From the NCBI RefSeq assembly GCF_902148845.1, contig NC_043762.1:29154760-29209186 (forward strand): a stretch of DNA of 54,427 nt. Reading direction: 5' to 3'. The DNA is from Salarias fasciatus. Its lineage: Eukaryota. This document shows positions 33,401 to 46,153 of this stretch, one piece after another; position 1 is the stretch's first letter; each line of letters begins with the position of its first letter. A program made the translations under genes and the position numbers. Under the pieces are notes generated by a model. It was not told where the DNA came from and searched no databases. It was given only the letters and a program-made list of their open reading frames with translations.

Positions 33401-35513
33401 ATTGTCAGCTGGGAAAACGGCAGTGTCATTCACATGTCTCATGCTCGACTCCTGGCTGAGAGCGAACAACACATCCTCTCTGAGGCTGAAAACATGATGC
33501 TGCGTTTGAGAAAGCCTCGTCTCTGAGACCTCTTTCATTTGAGATTGTATCACGCTATTGTATTGGCAATAACTCCCTCTTTGTTCACTCTATGGGAGTG
33601 GGAAAAGCAAGAATTATTCAAGTTACTTATGCAGAGTATGCATGCTGCTCCATACGAACCTCTGAGCTGTAAACAACCTCAGGAGATGATATCAAACAAA
33701 CAGAACACAGTTTCACCTCCAATCCTGCTGAATCTTACTTTACATTTATTTGTTCGCTTCAAAGAAGAAAGAAGCTTCAGCAGTGAAATGCACTGTATAA
33801 GTAAAATCCATTTACTGCTAAAAGTAGATTATAAAGAGATCGCTGAAATAACACACAAAAAACACACAATATTCTTACCACATATTTTTTTTTTATTGAA
33901 ACACTGGATTACATTTCTCTATAACACTGATATGATTTGCACAACTGGAACACAGTGAAGTATAAAAACAAGTTGAACACGATCATGTTAACATTGTCCA
34001 GAGAGGGAGATGTGTGTTTTTGCCTTTGAGTCACTTTCCTGTCAGTATTTCTACAGCAGTGTTTAACCAATAGGCCAAATCCACAATAAATGTATTTAGT
34101 TGAGCGTGTTTGGATTTTAAAGACATGATGGGAATACAAACAAGTGCACTTTGTAATCTTCAATATATATTCTTGCCATTGATTGTAGCTTGCATATCTG
34201 CACATATAACATAACTGTAGCGAAAGCTGGCCGAGCTTCTTTTTCTTTTTAACGTCATGGGAACTATTCTAGCACTGCTTCAAGTCTCGACACCGGAGTC
34301 ACTTCTGGATCGGGAAACACGTTTAGCTGCACTTTATGGTTTGGGAAACAACAAAACTTTTAATCATGAAAATTAAAAACCTTCAGACTCATAGAACGTC
34401 CATCATGAAGCATCTCAGTATTTTTCCACCAGTAACCTCGACTCCATGCAGTTACAGTTGGGTTTTTTTTCTTGGCAAGTTATGTACTTACCTACCATTT
34501 GTACCAAATTTAAGAACAGGCCACATTGACTTACATTATGCAAATTAAACTAAAGAAAAACAAACAAATAGACAATAGTCCGATAAGGTTCATTAGGCCT
34601 TTTTTTGTATTCATGGTTTGGATTGGTTTGGCCTGTGTATATGAATCCAAACCACAAATAGACAAAACTTGCTTTGCTTCATCTTATATTGTCATCACAG
34701 ACTATGCTTACGTGCACACAGTAATTGGGGTCCGATTCAAGTCCATTTACGATAAGCTTGCTCATATCCAGAGAACACACATCTCTGTATAGAAAATACA
34801 ATCACAATGGGAACAGATCCGTCAATGAAACAGTTTTGTATACCACCATGTTCAAACAGTTCTCATTCAGGTCTTTCTTATTCAAGACAGGACTACATTT
34901 ATGTCGCTAAGCACAAAACATATGTACAGAAAAACCCTAGAAATGTAAGAGAACATTGGACTTGTGAGCACAGTCACCTCAACCTCTGTCTCAAAGTTTC
35001 CTTCTTATCTGTCTGTAAGAATCTCAATCATGCAGTATTCTTCACACAAAATTAAATTTGGCAGAGGCAGAGTTTCTTACTTTGAGGCCAAAAAGAGCAC
35101 AAGATTTGGGTATCTGACCCATGGAACATATCTGTCTCTTTGAAAAGCCTCTTTCGCTGCCTTAAATAAATCTTCTCGGTCACATTCCTGGCTAACCGTT
35201 ACACAATTACTTTGGGCTCTTGTCTTGTTCTCCAGCTGTTCAGTCATATAGCAAAAGAAGCAAATCTTTCTCTCTATTGGAGGAAATTTGAAGCAACAGA
35301 AAGGTACCAGTTGGGGTGTAAACTCAGGAGTCTGTTCCCACCATGATGCACGAGCTTCTCTCGACTGTGTGGATACCAATAAAACAAATCAGAGTGCCGA
35401 TGAGTACACAAGCATTTGCCTGCAGCAGTATATTTGACAGCAGTTTTACAGCCTTTCATAAACTGGACGAATTTCATTTCATTTGGCGCATACTGCTGGC
35501 GCTCTGTCCTCCT

Positions 35514-36395
35514 TCAAGCACTGACGAAGACCAGGCGGGTGGAGTAGATCAGGTCGGCCAGGTACAGGATGAAGTTGACGGCAGAGAGCACAGCCACCGC
35601 CATGAGCTTATCCCAGATGCACAGTCCCATCGCGCTGCTGCACTGGTACGGCCTGTTCTTGTTCCCCCCGTGTCTGGGGTCGAAGTTGAAAATGGGCCAG
35701 ATGATGGTCGCTGAGAGGTAGAGGACCACGGCCAGCAGAGCGTAGCCCGACAGGAAGCGGGCGAACGGAAAGGGGAGACAGCCGGTGCACTCGCCGATGC
35801 AGAGCATGATGATGCCCGCCGACAGGATGAAGCAGATGCAGTAGACGGACATGCAGTACTTGAGGGCGTCGTGGCGGTCGTACAGCACGGGGTCGCTGAC
35901 GAAGACGAAGATGACGCAGGCCACAAAGGTCTCGCAGACTTTCAGCAGGCCGGGGGCCGTGGCCATGTAGCCGGCGACCTCGCCGGGACGCGCCTTGCTG
36001 ATGCTCACCTCGCTCATGTAGGCGATGGTGGCCAGGCAGGAGAAGACGGTGGACACGATGCGGTAGTCGCGGGTCTCGTTTGGCCCCGAGGAGCCCTTGA
36101 GGTAGTACAGGGGGAAGATGATGGAGGCGGACAAGCAGAAGACGGCGGAGTAGCAGGCGAAGGTGATGGGGAAGTTCTTCCAGGACACCGGGGCTCTGGA
36201 CTGCAGCCCGAAGAGCTCCACCAGCAGGACCAGCAGGGTGCCGGCGAAGCCGAAGGCCCAGCAGAACATGCACCAGTCCTTGGTGCCGTGGTACAATCTG
36301 CCGCCGTGCACGGCCACAGAGAAGGCCACGCAGGTGAAGACCAGGGCTGCTAGCCGTGTCCAGAGCAGAGGGCTGGAGTGGAGGACGATGGCCAT
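35514..36395 (-). CDS. myadm: Myeloid-associated differentiation marker (MYADM) family protein with a double MARVEL domain. Single-exon 293 aa coding sequence
   Basis: ORF from ATG at 36395 to the stop at 35514-35516. It aligns with human MYADM ([25 protein letters not shown] / [36 protein letters not shown] / NLLAYVADLVHSAHLVFV), which supports an 8-TM topology. The acceptor cctcttacag at about 36505-36515 on the minus strand suggests an upstream non-coding exon. The overlapping ORFs 35608-36498, 35549-35926 and 35871-36353 are GC3 artefacts. Confidence 0.8.
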   Translation of the reverse strand: MAIVLHSSPLLWTRLAALVFTCVAFSVAVHGGRLYHGTKDWCMFCWAFGFAGTLLVLLVELFGLQSRAPVSWKNFPITFACYSAVFCLSASIIFPLYYLKGSSGPNETRDYRIVSTVFSCLATIAYMSEVSISKARPGEVAGYMATAPGLLKVCETFVACVIFVFVSDPVLYDRHDALKYCMSVYCICFILSAGIIMLCIGECTGCLPFPFARFLSGYALLAVVLYLSATIIWPIFNFDPRHGGNKNRPYQCSSAMGLCIWDKLMAVAVLSAVNFILYLADLIYSTRLVFVSA

Positions 36396-37310
36396 GGTGA
36401 GAGGTGGAGTGGCTTAGCAAGAAGACTGGAAGGATTCCCGTCAGAGATGAGTCTCTTCGGTCTGGGAGTGACTCCCTTACAGCGCTAGCATCAGCCACTC
36501 AGGCAGAGAAAACTGTAAGAGGAAAAAGACAACGGAAAGAATTAGTAAGCAGTACTTTGGGGTTTTATGTTGTGTTTCATGACTTCAGGATGAAGTCAGA
36601 CGCGGCCGTTGGAGGGTAACAGCCTGCAGCGCTCTCCACATTAGCTCTGTCCGCCCACATGGCGTCTTCTGGGACGCACAATAGCGTTATTGTATTTTTA
36701 TGAATGGTTGAAACAACAAGTCAAATCAGGGAAACACAGTTGGAAACCACAAATAAAGCCTGCTCTGTGGTCCCACTAAACTCTCCTCATTTACATCTGG
36801 TCAAATCATCTGGAGACCAGTCAGCGCTTTTCCTTGTGCTTTCTCAAAACTCCGACTTGCTCTCTTAAAGGTGTTCTGAGTCTGTTTTGGTCTGACATTC
36901 CTCCGTGGTCACGTCCCGGCTGACGGGTGGGGCGCCGCAACCTCCACTGACCCTCTGGCTGTGTCTGTCATCGTGACCCTAAACATGGCCCTGCTCATTC
37001 GGTCATCTCCTCTTCCCTGGCAGCCAATCAGAGGCTCATAACCGTTTTTCAGCAAAACATTCACTACAGTGTTCTGTCTATGCAGTCTGATGCTTTTGAG
37101 AATGTTTCATGTTGGAATGGTATTAGGTTCACAGCAGGTCTTTATTTCACATTGTTGAAAAATCATATCATCTCAAAATTCAGCGTTGTTCGTGGATATG
37201 CTGCTTCTAATTAATTGGGATTTTGAAATGAAAACTTTTAATCAAAACTAAACATATATTGATAAGCATCGAAACTTTCTCTACAAACTCATTGTAAAAG
37301 TTAAAGGGAC

Positions 37311-38247
37311 TTAAAGGTGCCTTAAGGAGTTTGCACGTTTTATGCAAAACAGCGCCCCCTGCAGGCCTTGGGCGTAATGCAGCTTAGTGAAAAACTCGTC
37401 CCTGTGGCTCCCGTGCACAGAAGAGAGGAACTCCTTCTTCGCTCGTTTAGTAGCGCTCAAGTAAGATTTAAGTTTCTTCTCCCTGGTGGAGTCTGTGTGG
37501 AGCTGTGGCAGTGCTAGAAGCCAGTCTGTTCTTACTTTCTGGAAGATCCTGCTCAGTTGTTGCTCACTAAGCATCTGGCGGAGTAATGGCGGAAAAAGCG
37601 AAACTTAAAGGTGCTGTAGGCAGGATTTTGCTAGTCAATGCTAATTTTTCTGTGTTTTCTTTGGATTAAATGTTAGAGTATCCATTGATAATCCTTTAGG
37701 AGTGTAGCATAATTGCACTACCGCGAGGGCGCAGCGTTTCCATCTGTCTCTGTTCTGAGCTGAAAAGGAATCTCGACAGCTCCAGGTATCTTTGACCAAT
37801 CAGAAGAGCCCATGAGGCTCTAACCGTGATTGTTCGAGGGGCGTTCGTCGCACGTTCTTGTGGGAGGGGCTTAACTTGCGTGAGGGCGTGATGTCAGAGA
37901 AAACAGGACAGGATTGGCTGTGCTGGGTTTCAAATGGCCATCTTAGATGGATCAAATCGCCATCTTGCTCAGGTAACCCTAAGCAAGATGGCGGAGATGC
38001 GGAATCCTGCCTACAGCACCTTTAACAAGGGAGAGCGCGCATTACATCATTCCTTTCAAATTCTCCCCCAAAAAAAACCGCTGGTGCCGGACCGGCACTG
38101 CAACTTTCAAGCGACAATTTAGCGCTGTTAGAGGTTCTTGTAATGAATATGTCAGGGCACATTGTACACATCATTAAAAATGTGTAACATATTTATGGTG
38201 GAAAATAAGTATTTTTAAGGTTGTAAAACTCCTTAATGCACCTTTAA
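37311..38247. mobile_element. MITE copy 2 of the same family as 22041-22588 (937 bp). It contains a nested insertion
   Basis: The same termini, ttaaaggtgc(c/a)ttaaggagtttgcacg ... aaaactccttaatgcacctttaa, and collinear internal sequence (ctggcggagtaatggcgga..., ...ggtgccggaccggcactgcaactttcaag...). The paired ORFs 22052-22291 / 37311-37574 and 22245-22463 / 37934-38122 reflect the two copies. Confidence 0.8.
37605..38025. mobile_element. Second, unrelated MITE nested inside MITE copy 2. TIR AGGTGCTGTAGGCAGG ... CCTGCCTACAGCACCT, flanked by TTAA on both sides
   Basis: The left junction is aaacTTAAAGGTGCTGTAGGCAGGATT and the right junction is AATCCTGCCTACAGCACCTTTAAcaagg. This segment is absent from copy 1. 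Confidence 0.7.
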
Positions 38248-38269
38248 GGCAACTTTTCAAAATTTACCT

Positions 38270-39050
38270 CAGTGCTGCCATGATAGGCGCTGCGGGTAAC
38301 TGCAGCCACCAGCCAAGGCTGCATGGAGCGCGCACAAACATTTTACAGAATGTCCGGCTTCACAGCACTGCACCAGGGATGCTCATGCTGGGGGGGCTCG
38401 GCTCGTGCTTGGATTCACAGACCAGGAGCAAATGTATAATATGCCGGGAGAGCGGACAAATGAAACTACAAATAGAACTACAAATTAACTTTCTTCTGTT
38501 GATTTTTGGTTTGTCAGCAAGTGAGCAGCGGTGTATTTGCGCACGCGCGATTCATTTGAAATGTGGACGCAGAGCGGTGTGGGTCTCCTCTCTGCTCTGA
38601 CTGCAGCAGGGGGCGCTGCTGAGACTGGCCGCCTGTGAGAGCTTTGCGACGGGGGAGGGGCTCACAGCAGCACCCGCTGCTAGTTGAGGACAGCGGAGAC
38701 GTCCTGTCACGTCTCCAGAGCACCAGAAAAAGTTGCTAAGTTTGTCGCTAGTTACTTTTGACAAAAAAAAGTCGCCAAGAGGCTTTGGAAAGTCGCCAGA
38801 TTTAGCGATAAAATTAGTCACCAAGTTGGCAACACTGCCCGCCCCTGATCCCAGCAGTGTTTGAGTCCGCGTCCACGGCGGCCATGTTCTTCCTGTTCGG
38901 CAACGCGCATACAGCGTCAATTTACGTCACATCCCCACGATTGCGCGGGAAATTCGGACCCCGAACAGCAACAAATTATTTGGCACACAGCCTGTATAAG
39001 GCAACAGACAGATACGCGGATTGGCCTGTTATTTTAGGTTTTTAATGCTT
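38270..39050. repeat. Possible interspersed repeat or DNA transposon remnant with reiterated GTCGCCA / GTTGCTAAGTTTGTCGCTAG motifs
   Basis: Internal short direct repeats (gtcgccaagagg, gtcgccagattt, agtcaccaagttgg). The ORFs 38280-38600 and 38552-38920 have no recognisable protein similarity. Repeat status is unverified. Confidence 0.25.
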
Positions 39051-41247
39051 CACGACACATTAGCATTGAATAAACTGGAAATGCATGTGAAGTTTTTCAC
39101 AAATCTTGCCTTAAGTCCCTTTAACAACTGTCATAAAGTTGCCAAAGTAGCTCAGTGCTGTCAATTACACTGCAGAAAGGGTATGAAGGAGAAGTTGAGC
39201 AACTTCAACTGTCAATAAATTAAACTTTTAATAGTGTGTGAATATTAGTGGCCTTTCAGTAATTGTAGATATATTTTAAAGCTTTCCTGATTCTACATTT
39301 GAACTTAAAACTGTATAAGATGGTGACAAAGTGTAAGTTTTCAGTCAAGTTATGAGTGTGGTCCTACAAGTGTGCATTCAGTTGTGAAATGGCTGCAGCG
39401 ATTTAAATCATTCAAACTGAAACCTGTTGTGTAACCTGTGCACTAAGATGTGATCTAATGACACACTGTCATGAGTGAAGTGTAAGATTAGCCGATATCC
39501 TCTATTATAAGTTCTCACTGAATGCTGCTGCATAACGGCCAACATTAAGAAGTACCGACTGGTTTATCTTACACCAGAAGCTCTTTGTTTATTGTTTTTG
39601 CGGCACACAAATTCTGAAACTCGTCCATTAACAGAGATTTTGTTTCTTGCCTCATGAAACCCGCAGAACTCTGGTGGAGACTGCAGACGAGAGGAGGAAC
39701 CTCTGACCACACTCACTGCGCTCTCTCCCCCATTCCTCCTCACACCCATTTCCCATTTGGCTGCACAAATCATTCCCACTTTACACAGACGGACAACCAT
39801 AAACACGAAGAATAGGAATGTTTAGATTAGTTCCATTAGACACCGATGAAACGGTCGGGGGCGTGAGGCAAAGAGCCACCCTGGCGGCGGTGCAGCAGTC
39901 GAAAGGAGAAGACAATAAAAAGGCCAAAATGGAAAAGAGAGCCCTTGATAATGGTGCAGGATGTCTCCGGGAGGGGGGAGCACGGGGGAACCCCTGCGCC
40001 TCGGCCACAGACGGACACATGGTTTAAACACGGTGATGGAGTGGAATAGCAAGAGGGTGAGTCACCGGCGGGCCCGGCTCTTCTTTCACCTCTCCTCACT
40101 CTCTCCCCACCTCCTCCCTGACTTCTGCTAAGATTTTCCAACTGGCTGATGCCTTCCAGATGAGCTGCAGTCTAGCTGCTGCCGAACAACTGGGAACTCT
40201 GTCGCACTTGCCAGGTTCTTTCCCTCTTTCTTGCTTCCTTCCTTCCTTTCCTCCTGACGGTCCGATTTGGTGGCTACTCCCTCTCTTTTCCATCAGTCCT
40301 CCTCGTTCTCTGTCCTCATTCAGTACTCCCTCTCTGGATCAAGCTGCCAGTTACGCTCAATGTAAACCACTGAAAATAAACGTATATGGAGGGCCGTCAT
40401 GGAAAAATCAACCCTCCTCCACTGCTGCCGCCTTCGCTTTGCCGGTCATGGCATCAATTCAGGAAAGAAATAAGAGAGGAAAATGCCACATGCGAGAAGA
40501 AAAATAAAAAAATAGTGTGGAAAACTTGTGTTTTTCACAGCAGAGTGTGGAAAACACGACATGCGCACACTGACAGGGGCGCTTCCCCACTTAAAGGAGG
40601 TGCTGAAAATAGGCTCATATATGAGGACAGGAAGCACCGTGCGCTTCTGCACAGTCTGTTTTTTTATACACACACGGTTGATAAGGCCGAGATGCTCAGG
40701 AAGCAAGTGTTTGTCTCTGGCGGAGAGGTCATGTGCGCTGCTTGTTTTGTTGTCATGATACAAAATCACTTACTCAATTTCACCCATAATCCACTTAGGG
40801 GGAGGCATGGGTCGAAGCACAAGATGGGATCTGTTGGCAAACCGTCTCTGACTGCTTGTTCGTTTAGTGTCTCAGCACGGTGCTTTCAACTGCTTCGGCA
40901 AAAACACACACTTCTTTTTACTCGGTTTGACATTTTTCTGAGAAACCAAATGCAGTATTTTCCACGGTGAAAAGGCTGAAGCCACATGTGTGAGACGCCG
41001 GGGAGTCAGACCGCTCCGCCACACCCACTCAGCAGCCAGGGGCACCTGGACATGTCGTCCCATTCAGATGGAAAACACACAGGTCAAAATGTGTGTATGT
41101 GTGTTTTATTTTCCTCAAATGAAAAACCAAAGGCACCCCAGTTTTGTGTGTGTGTGTGTTTGTGTGTGTGTCTGACAGCTGTATCGTTTAGGTTCATTCA
41201 TTGACAGTGGTGGAGGTGGGTGTGCCGCCTGCCACACCCTGCTCTCA

Positions 41248-41291
<44 letters not shown>

Positions 41292-41912
41292 CACATTACA
41301 ACCTAAATGATTACCGACAGAAGAAACAAGAAACTCTCTGACAAGTCAATATTTTGTTCTGAATCGAAGACACAACGCAGAATGAACTTTAAAAATGTTT
41401 GCAGTAGCAGGATAAAAGGAAGATACAAAAAGTTAAAACTGCAGAAAGGAACGTTTTTCATCAAATAACAGAACAAATCAGAGTTACATTGTGTCTCCAC
41501 AGTTAGTTAGAGCCAAATGAAGTCACAACAAAAGATCAGAGAAAGTCAAAACCTCTCTAATAGGCTAAAGATAACACCCTTTTTTTATTCTCATGACTTT
41601 TTCACTTGCAAGTAAGTCCAATGCAACAAGTTTTAAAGAGGATTTCTTTTTCTTTTTTTTTTTCCACCAAACTGTTGCTACAAAACACTTTCTTTGAGAA
41701 ACCATCCCCTCTCCCATTTTCAGAAGGTTTTTCTTACCTATTTGATGGTGACCGTCTCTGGTCTCAGTCCTGCACAGCATCCAGGGGCAGAGAGTCGCAG
41801 ATTGCTCCACCTCAGCTCTCTGATGGGACTAAGCTGCCCAGAGGAGCCGCTCCCCGCCCACAAAACCAAATTAGGCGTCAAATGTCTTCACCGTTATTCA
41901 CATCTGTATGGA

Positions 41913-41957
41913 CTCCTCCTCCTCCTCCTCCTCCTCCTCCTCCTCCTCCTCCTCCTC
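41913..41957. repeat. (CCT)n trinucleotide microsatellite of about 15 units
   Basis: Seen directly. It produces the poly-Leu and poly-Pro ORFs 41694-42005 and 41606-42034. Confidence 0.95.
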
Positions 41958-43576
41958 TGCCTCCACCCTGCAGTCTACACCCAGCAGTGCAGCAGCCTCT
42001 GTTAAACAGCTGTTACATTTTTGGGGAAACTTAGTAGTAAATTATTGCTAAAGTACACAAACAGTTTAGATTACATGTACTAAAGTAAAACAACTTGAAA
42101 AAGTTATAAACTACAGGATACTTAACGTTCTATAATTATCATGACAGTTATTCACAGTATTTTTGTGACTGATAACTTCAGTTTTTGTACGTGAGTACAG
42201 AAGAAATCCTACATTGATAACATTTTATATCAACTCCTTTGGTTTAATTTATCCAGGGGTTTTTTCACCTTCTTGGCTCATTTATTAATTAATTATAATC
42301 AATCACAATCAACAACAACGCTGATGTTCAGGGTTCTTAATATCCATCAAACAACATCTGACCATAGTTTGATTATGTTAAAGAAAAGCTGCAGTTTTCT
42401 TTTACTACTAAAATCTCACTCAAATGATTCATATTTTAACGTTTTGATCATATCCAAACCTGGGCTAGGGAGAATAAACATTTGTTTACTTTCAACAGAA
42501 CTAATAAAACGCAACCCTTGTTTAATTCTGGAATAATCACTGCTGCTTTGATTTTGGAGGGAGAAAAAACTATTTATCCACACAGATTAAATGATGTCAT
42601 GTCCATCAGCGTTCCTGCAGACAAGGGTCACGTAATGCTAAATATATGGAGGGTTCTCCCCATTATGAACTTGTTTGTATACGTTGCTTAGCAACTGCAG
42701 CCATAACTCATAGCAACCACATTATGTTTACTGGGAGTTTAGAGCTGACACGTTTCCGGAGAAAGAAGTGTCAAATCAGAGCTTCCTGCTAGCTCGTGTT
42801 CATCCTGTTAAGATCTCTTTAACTTGCTGAAGCCGCTCACATTGAAACCATTATGATGTGTAAGAGCAGTATTTTGCCAGAGAGCGCACTCCCCTGTTCA
42901 CCAATAACATTTATGACTGGGAACAGTTTTTTAAGGTCAACCAGTGAAAACAGCGGTGTGCTTTGAGGGAGCCTTCGTGTAACACCTCTGGGGCTAACTC
43001 CTAAATGTGGAGGATTACAACATTTTAAGTACTGGAGGCGGTGCAGAGCTTTTTTTTTTTTCATTTTAGTGGCAATATGCCATTGCTTAAGCAATACTCC
43101 TGCTCACAATGGAGCCTCACAGTGCTGCCCAGACATTCTAAAATAGGATTTTTCCTTCTTTCACCTCAGTTTGACCCCTCCCAGAAAATGAGACAGGAAA
43201 GGGGGCTGCAAACCTCCTGGAGCCAATGCCAGCTGATGGTGAGGATGCAGCATGCATGTTTGCGTACTGCAGGAAAGAGATCAGAGTGCATTTAGGGGCA
43301 TGAAAACCTCACACAGAAGAACTTGGCCCAGATTTGAAGCCACTACTCCCCTTGAGGCAGAGTGCTGACCACTCCAGAGATCCACAGCAGCCAAAACAAT
43401 CTCATAATGCTATTTAGAAAAATCAAAACTCTAAAAGATTAAGGGGAAATTTTATACTTATTTATATATGTATTTATCCAATAACTGTAGTCACAGTAAC
43501 TCAAGACTCTGGAACTCCTCTTGCAGGGTAAACGTTACCCTATATTTTTTCTGCAATTCATCGCTTGTATCAGTAT

Positions 43577-43658
43577 GTATTTTATTTTATTTTATTTTAT
43601 TTTATTTTATTTTATTTTATTTTATTTTATTTTATTTTATTTTATTTTATTTTATTTT
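43577..43658. repeat. (ATTTT)n pentanucleotide microsatellite of about 16 units
   Basis: Seen directly. It sits about 135 bp upstream of the pex19 ATG. Confidence 0.95.
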
Positions 43659-43659
43659 C

Positions 43660-43791
43660 GGCCTTGCCTGTGAGTACCAGTGTGTACCACTAGATGGCGC
43701 CAGACTTGACATGTCACACGGTGACGCAGCAGTTTTGCGTCATTTTCCTGCGCCGCTCGCTTCTCTGGCTGCTGTTTGTTGAGAGAACATC
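43660..43791 (+). promoter_or_regulatory. pex19: Putative pex19 core promoter and 5'UTR
   Basis: GC-rich TATA-less region with CRE/ATF-like half-sites (gtgacgcag, ttgcgtcat) immediately upstream of the ATG at 43792. Confidence 0.35.
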
Positions 43792-43855
43792 ATGGCGTCG
43801 GGAGCAGGAGAGTCGTCCAGCGGACACGATGCAGAATTGGACGAGCTGCTGGACA
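43792..43855 (+). CDS. pex19: pex19 coding exon 1. Encodes MASGAGESSSGHDAELDELLD(S)
   Basis: Matches human PEX19 MAAAEEGCSVGAEADRELEELLES. Donor A|GTGAGT at 43856. Confidence 0.85.
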
Positions 43856-44622
43856 GTGAGTGTTGACACCGAGTCGTGTCGGCTGTGTTCGTGGCTGCGG
43901 TTGTTTCCCGTGTTAAAACAGTGACGCTGCGCTCCACAGATTCTTTTTTCTCCGCGTTTGGATCCACAGCGAGCTGCCTGCGGGTCCTCTCACTTTGGTT
44001 CCACCGGAGTAGCATTGACCTAAATAAACCTCGCTATCTCGTGTAAATAAAGATGAATTATTCCAAATTGTTACTCTGAAGTAAGATAATCCTGATCATC
44101 TGCCACAAGTGTTTATTAGAAAAGATTTTGTTCTACCAACATCAGCTGGCATTTTTGTTTCAAAGGTCAAATTTACAATCCCAGACAGGTTTTGCATCAG
44201 GAATTATATTCACTTCCAGTGTACAGCAAAACTAATAACAGTGCGTAGAACTAGTGCTAAACAGGAACCCAGTAGATTGAAAACAACCTCCAGAAAGAAC
44301 ATTAACGTGCAGCAGTCTAAACCTGATCATCCAGGTGAGATCATTAGAAAAACGAGTAGTTTTTACAAACTGGTCATCTGTGAGGAATCGAAAAGGTTTT
44401 GATATTTAAATGGTATTTTCATCACGCCCCTGGTTGGAAATGCTTTGTTCTCTAAAGAACTGAGCATCATCTGAGCTGTTCCAGAGGGTTCCCCCATGAT
44501 GGGATCTACAGGTGTAAGCTCACCAGTGAAAACAATACACACTGCTGCTGGGACCATTTTGGTAATTAGATGTATATTTCATACCAACAGTGACTGAATT
44601 TATCTTTGTAAAACTTTTTAAG

Positions 44623-44705
44623 GTGCGCTGGGTGACTTTGACAAGGCCCCTCCAGCTCCTGAGCCTGCAGCAGCTTCCTCCTCGGTAGACAGTGGAGCAG
44701 AAAAG
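44623..44705 (+). CDS. pex19: pex19 coding exon 2. Encodes SALGDFDKAPPAPEPAAASSSVDSGAEK
   Basis: Matches human SALDDFDKAKPSPAPP... Acceptor aacttttaag, donor AAG|GTCTGT. Confidence 0.85.
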
Positions 44706-45478
44706 GTCTGTTTTGTCTTTATTTTTCTTCAACTGTCTCTTTTCTCTTAACTGGATTGTATTTGAAATTTTCAGTTTACTTGTGGGTAAGTTTTGTTTTT
44801 CTACTGTGTCCTTTGACAGTAGAATAAACTGTCGGTGAAAAGAGCACTGTCTTTTCACTCCATCTAGGTTATCATAGGGCTTCATGAATGTTATCGGCTG
44901 ATTAAAGATAACATTTTGGATTGTAATCTCTTCATTTTATCTGATGGTAACGCTTCAGTTTTTTATAAAGCAGAGTTACAAGCTATGCATCAGAGATGGA
45001 TGCCTTCTACTGTTTATCAGATTTAATGCAGCCAAGGCTGTGGTTGCCCTGCTTATTGCATGTATGTGTGCCACCACTATGAGGTAGAACTAGTAAATGC
45101 ATTTGATGTTTATTATAATTGATAGGGGCACAGGCCACAGAGAAAATGACTCTGGGCTGCATTTTAGGCGTGAACTTGTCTGATCCAGGACTTTGAGTTA
45201 TGTTCACTTTTAGCATGCTCACTAAAATCTGTTTACAGCAACAGGATTGGAGAAAATTGATCAAACAAGCAGTTTTTAGTTTATTCTTTGTGATCATGCT
45301 CTTCCTGTGTGAGCTTTTCCAGCACTTCATGTTGGTTGGTTAACATAATTTCGATTAGATATCATTGATTTGCCAGGCTTCTTACTGAAGGTTTAGTAAT
45401 TTAAGGAACCCTGTGTGTTTGTAGTTTGCCCAGTTCACATACTTCCTGGACTGAAGTCCTTTGTCTTCCTGCCTGCAG

Positions 45479-45641
45479 CCGCCCCTGCTGGAGGACTGCA
45501 AGCTGTTTGAGACTTTGTTTGAGGGAGACATGGCTGCTCAGGCCAAGGACGAGTGGGAGAAAGCCATGACAGAGCTGGCTCAGGAGGAGCCAGAGTTACT
45601 GCAGCACTTTCAGAAACTGTCAGAGGCTGCAGGGAAAGTTG
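45479..45641 (+). CDS. pex19: pex19 coding exon 3. Encodes PPLLEDCKLFETLFEGDMAAQAKDEWEKAMTELAQEEPELLQHFQKLSEAAGKV(G)
   Basis: Matches human KFFQELFDSELASQATAEFEKAMKELAEEEPHLVEQFQKLSEAAGRVG. Acceptor cctgcctgcag, donor G|GTAAGA. Confidence 0.9.
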
Positions 45642-45723
45642 GTAAGAAATTACCTCTGCATTTCATGTGTTCTCCTACCCATTTAAGTATCAATCCCTCG
45701 CTGTTACTTGCTTTGCACGACCA

Positions 45724-45809
45724 GGCACTGATACCGCTTCACAGCAAGAGTTCACCTCCTGTCTAAAGGAAACGCTCCGTGGCTTGGCCAAAAATGCAGA
45801 TAACCTTCA
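45724..45809 (+). CDS. pex19: pex19 coding exon 4. Encodes GTDTASQQEFTSCLKETLRGLAKNADNLQ
   Basis: Matches human SDMTSQQEFTSCLKETLSGLAKNATDLQ. Acceptor gcacgaccag, donor CAG|GTGAGC. Confidence 0.9.
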
Positions 45810-45896
45810 GGTGAGCTGAGAAAGAATCTGGACATTATGGAGGGGAGAAGCCTTACATATTGAAACACTGACTGAGCCGCTGTTGTTGGGTTGCAG

Positions 45897-46070
45897 TCCA
45901 CGGGACTGGCGGGAGATGACCTCGTCAAGGCTCTGGAAGGACTGGGTCTGGATGAGGGTGGAGAAGCTGGCGGTGAGGATGGAAACATCCTGCCCATCAT
46001 GCAGTCCATCATGCATAACCTTCTCTCTAAGGAAGTGCTTTACCCATCTCTAAAAGAAATCACAACCAAG
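45897..46070 (+). CDS. pex19: pex19 coding exon 5. Encodes STGLAGDDLVKALEGLGLDEGGEAGGEDGNILPIMQSIMHNLLSKEVLYPSLKEITTK
   Basis: Matches human ...LTKAMEGLGMDEGDGEGNILPIMQSIMQNLLSKDVLYPSLKEITEK. Acceptor gttgggttgcag, donor AAG|GTCAGC. Confidence 0.9.
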
Positions 46071-46153
46071 GTCAGCTTTTGTTCAGTGAGTGGTCATAAT
46101 GTTTTTCAATTTCTCTTTGTGGTTTTTATTGTAACTGCCGATCATTCTTACAG

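Noticed and set aside
35549-36498. Three further ORFs (35608-36498 -, 35549-35926 -, 35871-36353 +) of 125-296 aa overlapping the myadm exon
   Set aside because: They are alternative-frame products of a very GC3-biased exon (Arg, Pro and Ala-rich nonsense). The frame from 35514 to 36395 alone matches MARVEL and MYADM proteins.
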